Positions 35,621 to 48,602 of a DNA stretch of 64,000 bases are shown here, piece by piece (position 1 is the stretch's first letter; every line of letters begins with the position of its first letter). The notes beneath the pieces are model-generated. The model searched no databases and had not been told where the DNA came from. It worked only from the letters and a program-made list of their open reading frames with translations. The position numbers and the translations under genes were made by a program. This stretch comes from Lama glama (taxonomy: Eukaryota). The DNA lies in the NCBI GenBank assembly GCA_028534125.1, contig CM052816.1, positions 79,858,001 to 79,922,000 of the forward strand, given 5' to 3'.

Positions 35621-38600
35621 AAAAAGTCCTGAGAAGTCTCAGGAAATCAGCCTGTGTCACTTCATTTAATCTATTTTTTTTTCCCTGAATTGAGTTCTGC
35701 CACAGAGTCTTTCTCATTCCTCCATCCCTTGAAATCAGCATTGATTGCAATACCTGTTAGGAAACGCTACCCCATCCAGCAGCCAGAGACCACTTACCAT
35801 TCCTTCCATACACTGCCCCCGTCACGCGCCTGTGCCTTTGCATAGAGAGTATCTTCCTGGAATGGCCTCTCTTCTCCATCTGGATGAACCGTTACTCACC
35901 CTTCAAGAAACAACTCAAGTGTAACCTTCTCTGTGAAGTCTTCCCCAGCATTCTTAGGTTTTCTCTCCTTTCTGCTTTTACTGCACTGAGACTTCTACAG
36001 AACTTACATTTCACATTTTCATTATTTTTCATGTTGGTCTCTTGCACTAGATTGTGGTCCCCTTAAGAGTAATGACCATGTTTGTTTATCTTATTTTATT
36101 ACCACCTGCAGCTCTAACTACCTAGCACTTAGTAGGTGCTCACCAGATAAATTTGCTGAAGGAATGTTGAAGATGAGGAAAGAGAGGCTCAGAATGGTAA
36201 GCAACTTATGGTCACATAGCTACATCATAGCAGAATTGGGACTCACACACAGGTGCCTTGACTCCAAGTATCCTGCCCTTTGCACTATGCCTGAATAGCA
36301 AATTCATGGCAGAATTTAACTACTTCCCCACCCTACCCACGGCAGACAGTACTAATAAGTCAGGCTCCACCAAGCCCAGGCTTTTGCTCTGGAAACTCAA
36401 GCATCACTGAAGGAAACCACTAACAGAGCGGGCCCGTGAGATGAAATATACTTGCTCTCCTTGCACTATTCCGTGCTGTTCCCTCCTATCGATACATTTT
36501 GCGGGCACGGCAGAGAGGCTGTTGATTATAGAGTCCCCCCACCCACTGCTCTGCTAAAGACAAGGTGCCCTGAGCTGGCTCTGTGTGGCTTAGCAGCCTC
36601 TGTTCCCCTTCAGGGAGACCCTAGGGTGGAGAGCTAAAGGCAAGAATTGGGGCTCCTGGCACTGAACGTCCAGGGAGTGTTGTCACTGGGTTTCTGGAGG
36701 AGGCGGGGTAGGAAGCACGAGAGCACGTCGGGCAGCCAGCAGAGTTCCAGGACATCTGGGACTGATTATTCCAGTGAGATGCTCCAGCAAAGAGGACAAC
36801 TTTTGTACTGGGTTTTTTGTGGGTTTGGGAGTATTTGTTTGTTTGTTTGTTTGTTTTTTAACATCCGGGCTTTGGCAGTTGCTGAGGGATAAGGTAAGGA
36901 CTAGTTTCAGGGAAAGGAAAACCTTTAGTGACTCAACTTCTACAGCAGAGTCTCATCAAAACTCTTCCCCTTACGCGTACTTCCTTGGCAGGTCTAGGTC
37001 TCACTGCCATTTACAGAGAGAAGGACGTCTCCGAGAACCAGAAGAAACTCCCACGACCCAGGGTCTGAACTGGGTTATGCCAGCGTCTCCCAACTCCTCT
37101 CTTTCTTCCCCGATTCTTTTCAAATCAGGAACAAGGAACAGTAAAAGACTGAGAGGGAAAAGCAGCCTCAGGCTACTGAGGAAATGGATACACTGCAGCT
37201 ATTCTGAAGTGTCTCTTTTAAATACAAGCTGAGTGGAAATTTTGTTCCACTTTTGAGGAAGCATGCATTTCTTGTCTGAAATTACATGTTTTGTTCTTTT
37301 AGTTTCACTGCTATTACCTTCAGAGTACAAAATGTACTTTAGATGTATTCAGAGATTCAAATTCTCAATCTAATTCTCGAACATACAAACATACTGTAAT
37401 ATTGCCTAACAATTATCCCTGATTTCAAATATTCTGACCTGTTGCCCTGGAAGCAAAGGGCCATGTGCTGCAGAAGAGGGCAGGAAGGGTGTTTTGCTAG
37501 CATTTTTTGAGTACTCTGCCAGGCACCGTCCTATGCATGTTATATACATTATTTTATTTAAAACTCACAAAAACTCCATGTGATACACTATTTGTCTGCA
37601 TTTTAGTGATGAAGAAACCAAGACTCAGAGGTTAAGTGATTTTCCCAAGGTCACATATTTAGTAAGTGGCAGAGGTAGGTTAAGATGACAGGGCTGACTC
37701 CAGCAATACATACTTTTTACCCATCACTCTTAATATAAAATAATAATAGTCGGGGTGATATACAGAGCTTCTTATCTAAACATTCTGGCCTATTACCTCC
37801 AGCATCTCAGAAAGATAAGTCTTTCTGTTATTTTATTCTTATGCCAACATTCACTGAGTACAGAAGACCTGCCAGGCCCTGATCTAATGTGTATGTACGC
37901 TCATTAATTCTCAGAAAACCCACTTTTTGAGGAAGGTCCTGTTATTTTACTGATGAATAAACAGAGGCTTAGGGAGGTTAAGGGAACTTCACCTCAGTCA
38001 GAGAGCTGAGTGTTGGAGCCTGATTTAAAATCCACAGTCTGCCTTCAGAGGGTAAGCTGTGTAGCCTATAGCAAGCACATTCTGGAGTTAGGGAGCCCTG
38101 GGTTCAAGTCCCAGCTCTGCCTCCTCTTGGGTAATCTGACTTGAACATATTAGTCCTGAGTTCCCCTGTATGTCAGATGAGGCGCTGGGGACCTGCCTGC
38201 TGACAGGTGTCCCTATAAAAGTTCTCAAATTCACCAATGTCAGAATCCCTATTATATCGTGAAAAGCAGTGCATTTTTAAACTATGACAGATCTGGGATC
38301 AGATTTATCACACTTACCAGCTAGATGTTAAACAAGATACTTAACCTTTCTGAGTCTCTGTTTCATCACCTGAACATGAAAGATAAGAACAGCTACCAAA
38401 TAATGTTATTTGTGAGTCAGAAGTAGTATATGTGCTGTAAAGTGCCAGGGAACTGGAAGGAGTTCTACATTATAGTTACCATTAATATTGTCATGGTTAT
38501 TGAGTAAGAAAATACGCTTTCATGTTTGCCAGTAGGCAGGGAGCAGAGTTCCCCATATACCTCCTACCGTGGGCATCACAGAGAGAGACTTGAGAACGTG

Positions 38601-39585
38601 CTCTCCTGGATGAGGAGGGAACAGGAGACCGTCTCCTGCTGGGCCCACCCTAGGTGTGACTCAGATTGAGGCGGGTGGGGACAGGGTGGGCTGAATGTAT
38701 TCTCTGTGCTCATCTTGTCCCCTGCCTGTCCAGCCTGGTGAGAAAGTAGCAGTTTTGAGCCACCTCCTGGGAAATGCAGAGTCCTGACTCAGCCCATGAT
38801 GATGCCCCTCTTCATTACAGTGGGAAAGCCTGTGGCCTTTAGAGTCACACTGGCTTGGGGCCAGACTTCCAAGACTAAGCGAGGTTAGACAGTTTCTCCT
38901 ATACAGAACATCAGGCTCCCTTCTGTCAAATAAGAGCTATCATGCAGCATATTTGTGGGGACTAAACACTTCATAAGTAGGAGTTAGCTCGGTTTTAGGG
39001 ATTTAGTATACACTCGACAGAAGAGATCAGGATCAACATTATTCTGAGATGAACAAACAGCAATAATGTGCCAAGGTTAGGACAAGGGCAGGTCTGCACG
39101 GAGCACTCTCTTTTGCTGAAATTCTTAACATTTTTTTTTAAAGACTCTGAAGAAGCTCTTTTATTGCTAACTATGGAAACTATTTCTCCCCAAAGTTTGC
39201 CATATGTTTAGGGACTTAGCTTTTGTATATTCAGCAGAAAAATAAATTTACTGTGTTCACTTACTTTGTTATAAATCTATATTATATCACAGGCTGTTAC
39301 CCGAGACACTGCCTTGTAGGATTCGGTTATAATGCTCAGCATTGAAAGAGATATAAGTACTAAATATTGTTTCAGCAGACCTCTGTTGGGTTCTGAGAGA
39401 CTACTAGAGATTGACTAGGTATCTCCAGTGCAGGATTTGGCCAAATCCATAGTACAAGTTGGTGTTTAGCCTCACTAGCAAGAACAACAGAGGTGAATCA
39501 CCCCTAAATGAATGCATCTGGGAGAGGCCATGCTGCCCGCATATCCACACTGATAACCTGGTTGGTGACCAGAGTCAGAACTCAC

Positions 39586-39668
39586 CTCTGCAGTAGGGTA
39601 AGGAGGTTTTCTGTATCTCTGCTTTTACTGTGCTCACTTCCATGTATAACGATCTGAATCATCAGACA
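39586..39668 (-). CDS. TTC23L: TTC23L exon (83 nt)
   Basis: ctacag acceptor, gtgagt donor; [27 protein letters not shown]. Confidence 0.8.
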
Positions 39669-42600
39669 CTGTAGGTGAGTTGAGAAACAAAACAGGTTAA
39701 AGAAAACCAGATAGCAAGGCCCTTAATTACAAACCAAACTCAGGAGAGCACCTATGGACCCGAGATGTCACAGGTTTACAATTCTCGTGCCTGTGCTACA
39801 CTGACATTTCCTCCCGGTTCCCCACCAAGGAGAAAGGAGTCTGAATTGAAGGCTCTGTCGCCCTCGTGCTGTACGTCTGTCACTCCACTGCAATGAAGCT
39901 TCCGCTACCACACGTGGCTGTGGGTAACCAAATTAAGGGCTGGGAATTGACAGCATTCCTGTTGAAAACACAGCTGCAGTACTAGTTTCCATCAGGATTT
40001 TCCAAATAACTGTAACCAAATGGATGGATATGAGTGAAATCAGTGTACGTGTACCAAATTTGCAGTGCATTCTCATGCCACATCAGTTTACTCGTAGGCA
40101 GTTTTCTGTTTTCAGTTCTACTGCTGATCTCTCTTTCCAGTCAAGGTGGAATGATAGGCACCAGATTTACCCTCCCACCTGAAACAACCAAAAAAGAAAA
40201 AGCAGGCAAAATATATTTGAAATAATCTTCAAGACACTGACCATCAGGCAACAAAGGACAATGTTCACTGAGAGAGGAAAATCAAGGGAAATAAACGCTA
40301 TGATTGCCCCTGGTTACTGCTTTGAGAGCATCTCCAGGCTGAGATGCAGGGAAGTGGAGCTCAGCAGACTCCCTGAATTGAGGACATGGATCTGAGAGCC
40401 TCGGGAAACTCTCAGGCCTTAGTAACAGAGAGGAGACAGCTGCACAGCAAAAGAACAGGAATATCTATATCTGCAGTGCGTCCCCTTCAAGTACAGTTGG
40501 CCTTCAGTGTGGAAACCTGTGGATACAGAAAGCCAACTGTACTGTAGCATTTTATACTAGAGACTTCAGCATCTGCAGATCTGGTGTTGGCAGGGGGTCA
40601 GGGGAGTTGGTCCTGGAACCAATCCCCTGCAGATACTGAGGACAACTGTATTCAGCAGAGTACTGATTAACACAAACATGAACAAAAACTGCCCAAGGCT
40701 TGAGGAAAGAATCACCTGAAGGTACTGGAGGGAACAGTGCTTGGTGTTTACACAGAGCCAGATACAGTGCCTGGTCTCACCAGCCAAACTGGAAAGCCTC
40801 ATTGTTGTGGAGCTTTGGGTGGGGTACTCAGAGGTACTGAGACCTTTGCTTCAGTAGTAGGGGATAATTGGCCCATGACTAAATGCTGCACTAGTCCCAT
40901 CTAACAAACCTGAAAAACAAGACCAAAAAGGACCAAACTGTAATTTAACTGAGTTCCACAAAAAAGTAATTGAACTGAGTTCCAGAACAAAGTTCAAGAA
41001 TACTTACAGGAACACAAAAATATCCAACACCCAGAAAAGTAACATACATGCCTAGCATCCAAACAAAGATTACAAAGCATCCAAAAAATAGAAAAGTGTG
41101 ATCCATAATGGGAAAAATCTTCAATCAAAACCAATCTAGACCCGACAAAGACGTTAGTTAGAATTAGCAGAGAAGTATATTGAAATTACTGTACACCAGA
41201 AATTGACACAACATTGTAAACTGACTACACTTCAATTTTTTTAAATGTGCACATTAAAAAAAGAGAAAAGTAAACAAAAACAAAAAACCAAAAACCTTGT
41301 AACTTTATTCCATGTGTTAAAAAAGTTAACTGGGGACATGGAAAAAATATAGCTTTTTTTCAAGGAACCAAATCAAACTTCTGGAAATGAAAACTACAAT
41401 GTCTGATAGGAAAAAGACTCTGGATGGGATTAATAGCAATTTTGACATTGGAGGAACAAAATGAGTGTAGCTGAAGACACAACGATAGGAACTATCCATA
41501 AAGAAAAACCACAGATCATCCCAACAGGAACAGAAAAAGAATTGTATGATATCCAACCTCCAGTTTTAAAAAATTGAACATCTATTCCTGGTTTAAAACA
41601 AAACAGAACAACAAAAACACCTCTCAGCAAACCAGAATTACAAGGGAGCTTCCTCAACCTGATAAAGGGTATCTATGAAAAGTCTACAGCTAACATCAAG
41701 CCAAATTATGAAAGACCAAATTCTTTTCACCTGAGATGAGGAACTAGACAAGGGTACCTGTCCTCACCACTTCTGTTCAACACTGTACTAGATATTCTAG
41801 CCAGTGCAATAAAGCAATAAAATGAAATAAAAAATATACAAATTAGAATGAAAGAAGTAAAACTGCAAAATTCACAAAAGAACTAACTGTTAAATTCAAA
41901 TTTATTAAATTTTAAAACTGCTTTTCAAAAGACACTTAAGAAAATGAAAAGACAAACTACACACTGGGAGAAAAATATTTTCAAATCATACTTTATACAG
42001 AACTTGTATATAGAATATATTAACAATTTTAAATGTCAATTATAAGAAAAAACTAATAAAATATGCACAAAAGATCTGGACAAACACCTCACCAAAGAAA
42101 ATATACAGATGAAAAATAAGTATATGAAAAGATGCTCAAGGAAAACACAAATTAAAACCACAATGAGATACCACTGCATACCTATTAGGATGGCTAAAAC
42201 TAAGAACACTGGCCAAACCAAACATTGGTGAGAAAGTGGAAGAAACAGAGTTCTCATACCCTGCTGGTGGGAACATATAACATGATAAGAAGATTTTGGG
42301 AAACTGGCAGTTTCTTCTATAGGTAAACATACACCTATCATCTGATTCAGCCATTTTACTCCTAAATATTTACCCAAGGGGAAAAAAGCATACATCTATA
42401 GCCGTTTTATCTATAATAAACCCAAGCTGAAAACAGCCAAATATCCATCATCAGGTTAATGGATTAACAAATTGTGGTGTCCATATAATGTAATACTTAG
42501 CAATAAAAAGGAATGAACCACTGATAAACACAGTAACATGGATGAATCACAAGATAATTATGTTGAGTAAAACAGCCATTCAAAAATATGTAACTATATG

Positions 42601-44831
42601 ATCCCACTTACACAAAATTGTAGAAAATGCAAATGTATCTATAGTAAAAAAAAAAAAAAGCAGATCTGTTGTTGCCTGGGAAGGGGGTAGAACTGATTAA
42701 TTACAAAAAAGCATGAATAAACTTTTGGGGGTGACCGGTATATTCATTATCCTGATTGTGGTTTCACAGGTGAATAGGGATGTCAAAACTGATCAAATTG
42801 TACATTTCAAAATGTGCGGTTTTTTGTAAGCCAATAAAAATAATTCCATCACAAGATCATCACTGTTTAATAACTGTCTTTCCTGTATCTTCTCACCTAC
42901 ACCCTACTACATCTAACTCTGATTCCTTTTACATGAAACCTGAACTGCCCAAGAGAAAAAGTTAGCCAGAAGCGTCACTAGGATTATGCCTGCATGACCC
43001 TCTTTCTACTGTATTGTGTCTGCCAAAGGGGCTTCCTCTCAGTGTCAAGTTTTGCTGAGGTTTCCTACTTTCTTTTTAGTTCCAGGAGCAGTTTCCAGCC
43101 CCCAGAGTGGCATCCATTACCATAGTCTATTTCAGAAACTTCATCACTAACATCTCATTGTTACTGAATATTCAGCATGAGGATGGATTTCAAACTCAAA
43201 AGGGCAGCTCTACCATCAGAATATCTTCCTATTCTTCTCCTTTCTTCTGGGCTAGGACATTGCAGTAGGAACGTATCTAAAGCCCTCAGGATAAAAGCTG
43301 ATATCAAAGATGCAGACCTTCCCCACACTTACAGTATCCTAAATCTCCACGTTGAATCCCTATTCCAGATGGAGGATGTAGCCATTCCACCAAACATTCA
43401 TTGCTAGGTGAAGTCTAGATGGGACTCTCCTTTCACTGATTTTGTGTGGAACATGGTAATAAGCCCTTATAATGTTTTTGCTGGGGCCTTTCTTCACTTC
43501 AGAAAAGTTATCTTCAATGAGTTCTATTCCAAGTATTACAGTCCCTCTTCAGAAATACATAGAATTCTTTGGCTGAACATCTACTTTGTCCTCCACATCA
43601 ACTACTTTCTCACTATACCTGTCTCTCCTTTTCCCCTGAATTATGGGAGGGCTTTTGAAGTTTGTCATATAAATCAACAATTCTTTAAACTGACAGGATA
43701 TTATACCTCTAGAAGTATTAAAAATACAGATTCTGGACACAACTGTTAGAACATCTGATTTGATGGTCTAGGGTGGGACTCAGGAATCTGTTTTCTGTTT
43801 GATTTTTGTTTTGTTTTTTACTGACTCCGTTGCAATTCTAGATTTGGGAAATATGGCTCAGCATCACTATGACATGTTAAAACTCTCTTCACTATTTTCA
43901 GTGTGGGTTTGAATTTTTTTAGATTTGTTGTTTCCCTGAAATTTCTTCTTATTTCTTCCTAATTCAACCTTACTAATCTCACCTCATCTTTTGGCCTCAA
44001 ATTGTCATCCTTTTATTTTAAAATTTTCTCTCCTTATTTTACAGTTTTCTCTCCCATTACACAGCTGCCATCATGTGTCCTGCTTTCCTTGAAGAAGCGA
44101 TTCTCATCCTTACAACTTATTTTCATAAAGTTTTCTTTTTCTCTGAAATCTTCAGAATGAAGTCCCCTTTCTCCTATTATTTACTATTTTCATACTTGTT
44201 TTCTGATTACGTTTAGTTAACCTGAAATGAGATAAAATCTCTCCAGACCTGATGTTTGCCAATGTACATGTGTAGACTGCTTTTGACTCCACCCTCTTGA
44301 AGATCAGTTGATCTTTACCAACTTTTCTTCTGATGTTGAGCAAATTTGGGTTTTATGTAGAGACATCACTACCAATCTCACCAAGTCTTTAGCTTGGTCT
44401 ATTAGTACACTGACTGATTGAACAACTGCCACTCACACCTCTTGCCATGTCCTACTACTAGGGAGTGCACTTCCAGGGTCGTCTGAGCTCCTTGAAAGGG
44501 GACCTAGTACTTGGGTAAGGATAGTTATACAAGGTGTTCCTTGTCCTTGGGTGCTTTCACAAGACTCTGCCACTGCCACACCACGATTCCAGGATTAGGA
44601 TGTTTCCCTCTTAAGACTGGTCCAGGCATGGACACAACAAAAATTTCTGTAGCCGTGTTCTCCCTCAGCACATCTAAGAATGTGAAGAGCTTTCAAAAGA
44701 GAACACTTTTTAAAAAAAGGAAAAAAGAGAGAAGGAAGGAAAGAGAAAGGGAAAGGAAGGGAAAACATACACATACATCACCCATCCATCCACCCATCCA
44801 TCCATCCATCCATCCACCTATCCATCCATCA

Positions 44832-44869
<38 letters not shown>

Positions 44870-47800
44870 CTCTTCTCACACTGTGTTTACAGGCCCAGGA
44901 GCAAATGTAACAATACAAGCCGGTATTCACCTTCCTTAGCAGCTGAATTGCCTTTCTGAGCTCTCCTTTGGCAAAGCAGATCCTGCCCATGTTAAAAAAA
45001 GTTTCAGCCACTTTTTCACTATAGTCACCATAACTGATGACCTGAGACTTCAGGGACGCCTTTAGCAGTCTGTAAGCCTCCTAAGGGGATAAAAAATACA
45101 TAGTTTTAAAATTAGCCTGGCAACTGTGAAGGAGCGTGCGGGCTGCTTTCTGTAGGAGGCATTCTACCCCACACTGGCGTAACCCACTAAGATCAGTGGT
45201 GATGCATAACCTAAGTAATGTGCCCACGAAGAGTTAAAGCTCCAAGCCTATAATTAATACAAATGAATTAGCTATTATTATGAATTAACTTTATGACTAC
45301 CCTAAGAGAGAGGGATATTATTATAGTCTTCCTATAGAAGAAGGAATGGAGACTAATAAAGGGTAGGGATCTTCCTTAAGGTCACACAGCCTATAGTTAG
45401 CAGGTCAGGATTCAAACCAGTCTCAATTCCATAGAACTTGCACTCTTTTTTTTTTTTTTAATTATTATGTTTTAAAATTTCAAACCTGCAGAAAAACTGA
45501 AATAGAAGAATGAATACATATATTTTTACCTAAATTCACCAATGGCTACTAGCATTTTGCCACATTTACTTTATTGCATTTTCTCTTTAAAAAGTTACAT
45601 ACATATATAAAATATATATATTATACAGATAACATTTTTATATATATACATAAATGTATATACATATGTTCTTATTGAAAATAATCTGTACTTAAGATAC
45701 TTTACCACTAAATATTTAAGCATGCTATCTTCTTAGAACAAGAACATCTTTCCATGTAACTACAAGAACATTATCACTCTCAAAAATTTATATATTGATG
45801 TCATATTAATATATCCTCTGTATTAGAATTTCTCAATTATCCAATAATGTTCTTTATAACTTAAAAAAACTAATATCCAATCAAGAGTCATATATTGAAT
45901 TTAGTTTTCACAATTCTTTAGTCTTTTAAAATCTGTAACAGTTCTTCCCTTTGTGTCTTTCATAATATTGGTATTTTTTTTAAGTCCAGGCCAGTTGTCT
46001 TTCAGCGCAGCTCTGACTCCTAACTACTTACTATATCGCATGTGAGTCAGAGAAAAATTGAGTATACGTTGGAAGTTATTCCTGGAACAACACTGCTTGT
46101 AATTCATTGGATTTCCCAATGTGCTACCTTTAGAGAGAGTGAAGAGATGTAGTGACTGCTGGCACCCTCACCCTCTGCCTGCATCAGCTGTGCTGACATT
46201 TATAAACAGAACATTTCTCTGGAGCTGGGTGAACATGCAAGCAGCATCCTTCATATGTGGCACGTCAGCACAAACATAAAAACGATGTCAACTGTTGCTT
46301 TCCAGGAAACATTGCCAGTAATTGCCAATAACCTGGATTCAGACCCAGTCCAGCTGGCCCTAGAGGCTGAGTGCTTTACACTGTGCTGTACATTCTGAGT
46401 GACTTTACTCTGAAATAACTGAACAGGGTTTGCCCTGCCAAAGGTGGCAGCATTGGAGAGCTGCAGGACTTCCCTCTCTGGCTTCAGATTGTGTCTCCTG
46501 ACATGGAACATGCCATTTATTGGTGCTGAGTAAATATGGACAAATTCAAACAACAACAAAAACCTTGCATTTTTCAAAATAGGAAAACATTCATATAATT
46601 AAATTATTTTCCTATTTTTTTCAGTGTACAAGCCTTTTGCCTCCTTGGTTAAGTTTATTTAGAAGTATTTTTTTTTGATACTACTGTAAATGGGAGGGTT
46701 TTCTTAATTTTGTTTTCAGATTGTTCATTGTTAGTGTATAGAAATGCAACTGATTCTTTTGTATGTTGATTTTGTATCCTAAATTTTGTTTTGTATCTTG
46801 CAATTTGTTTATTAGTTTTAGCAGGTTTGTTTGTTTGTTTTGGTATGGAATCTTTAGGGTTTTCTACATATAACATCATGTAATCTGCAAAGAGAATTAA
46901 TTATATTTCTTCTTTTCCTATTTGGATGCCTTTTTGCATTCATGCTGAACTCAGTACACGAAGTTCAGGTCAGAAGTTTTTGCGTTTTTTTTAATATTTT
47001 TTTTTCTGAGGGAAGGTAATTAGGTTTATTATCATTTATTTTTTTTTTAATGGAGGTACCAGGGATTGAACCCATGACCTCATGCACCCTAAGCATATAC
47101 TCTACCACTGAGCTATACACCCTCCCCGCTCAGGTCACAAGTTTTTGAGTAAAAGCTTAGACTCACGTGACTTCTAAGTAAAAAGGTCAGCAATCAAAAG
47201 CATTTTCTGGATTTTTTGCAAACAAAAAATTGGCTAATAAAGAACTGGAGACCAGAAGCTGAGAAGGAAAAAATATATCAAGAGAAAAAGGAAACCACCA
47301 GCTATATCCAAAGGTGAAAGCCCATTCTGACTTAAAATATTAAATTTACAGAACCAGAGATTGTATGTGTCCTGGATTTGAAGAACCTCATGTTTCAAGA
47401 TACAAGAAAAATACTTTTTTCTTTTTTCACTAATATTGCAAGTGGCAGCAGCCCTATTTTTATCGCTGGCTTTACCTGAACCGTCTCTGAGCTCCAATTT
47501 CTGAATTATGAGATGAAAAAGATGTCCTGATCTAATAAACAATCTAGCAATTAGATTTATGAATCGATGATATTTACCTGTTTTCCCCCATTTTCGATAA
47601 GCCATTTACAAAAGTCTTCAATGGTCGTCAGTGTTTCATAACCCTCTGGGCCCAATGTTGTTTGATACGCAGTGATACTTTTTCTAAAATATATCTCAAC
47701 AGCACCTGCAAAAAAGTGAAACAATTATTGCAGGCAAGCTGTAATTACTTAGACATTTTTTCATGCTTAAAGCTCCTGGAATTCAAGCTGGCTTGAGAGA

Positions 47801-48569
47801 ACAGTGGAATGCCTTTTGAAGACTCAGTTACAGTGCCAGCTAGGTGGCAATACTTTGCAAGGCTGGGTCAAGATTCTCCAAAAGGCTATATATACTCTGA
47901 ATCGGCATCCAATATATGGTGCTGTTTCTCCAATAGTCAAGATACACAGGTCTAGGAATGAAGGGGTGTAAATATGAGTAGCATCAGAATAGCATCAAAT
48001 ACACCTAGTGATCCACTAGCAAAATTTTTGCTTCCTGTTCCTGTAACTTTATGCTCTGCTGGGCTGGAGGTCTTAGTTCCAGAGGGAGGAGGGCTTCTAC
48101 CAGGAGACACAACAATGATTCCATTGAACTGGAAGTTAATTAAGGCTGCCACCTGGCCATTTTGGGTTCCTCATGCCTTTGAATCAACAAGACAAGGAAC
48201 GGAGTCATTGTGCTGACTAGGGTGATTGATCCTGACCACTAAGGGGAAACTGGAGTACTAATCCACAATGGAGGTAAGGAAGAGTATGCCTGGAAAACAG
48301 GAGATCCCACAGGGCTTCTCTCAGTATGGCCATGCCCTGTGATTAACATCCCAATCCAGGCCACATTAGTAATGGCCCAGAACATTCAGGAATAAAAATT
48401 TGGGTCATCCCACTAGGTAAAAAATCACTACAAACTGAGATGCTAGTTGAAGGGAAAAGGAATACAGAATGGGTAGTAGAAAAAGGTCGTTATAAATACC
48501 AGTTATGACCACATAACCAGTTACAGAAATATAATTTGAGTATTTCCTTATTTTGTTATGAATACGTTA

Positions 48570-48602
<33 letters not shown>

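Noticed and set aside
36774..37232. 152-aa plus-strand ORF as a novel gene
   Set aside because: Non-ATG start, includes a (GTTT)n tract, no recognisable domain or promoter.
40940..40991. 26-bp imperfect tandem duplication (and an 11-bp one at about 58958-58979)
   Set aside because: Ordinary slippage events in repeat-derived or intronic DNA with no evident consequence.
43100..44400. Possible coding remnant (ORFs 43177-43407, 43408-43749)
   Set aside because: No recognisable homology or consistent splice signals; likely old LINE-derived debris that I cannot assign.
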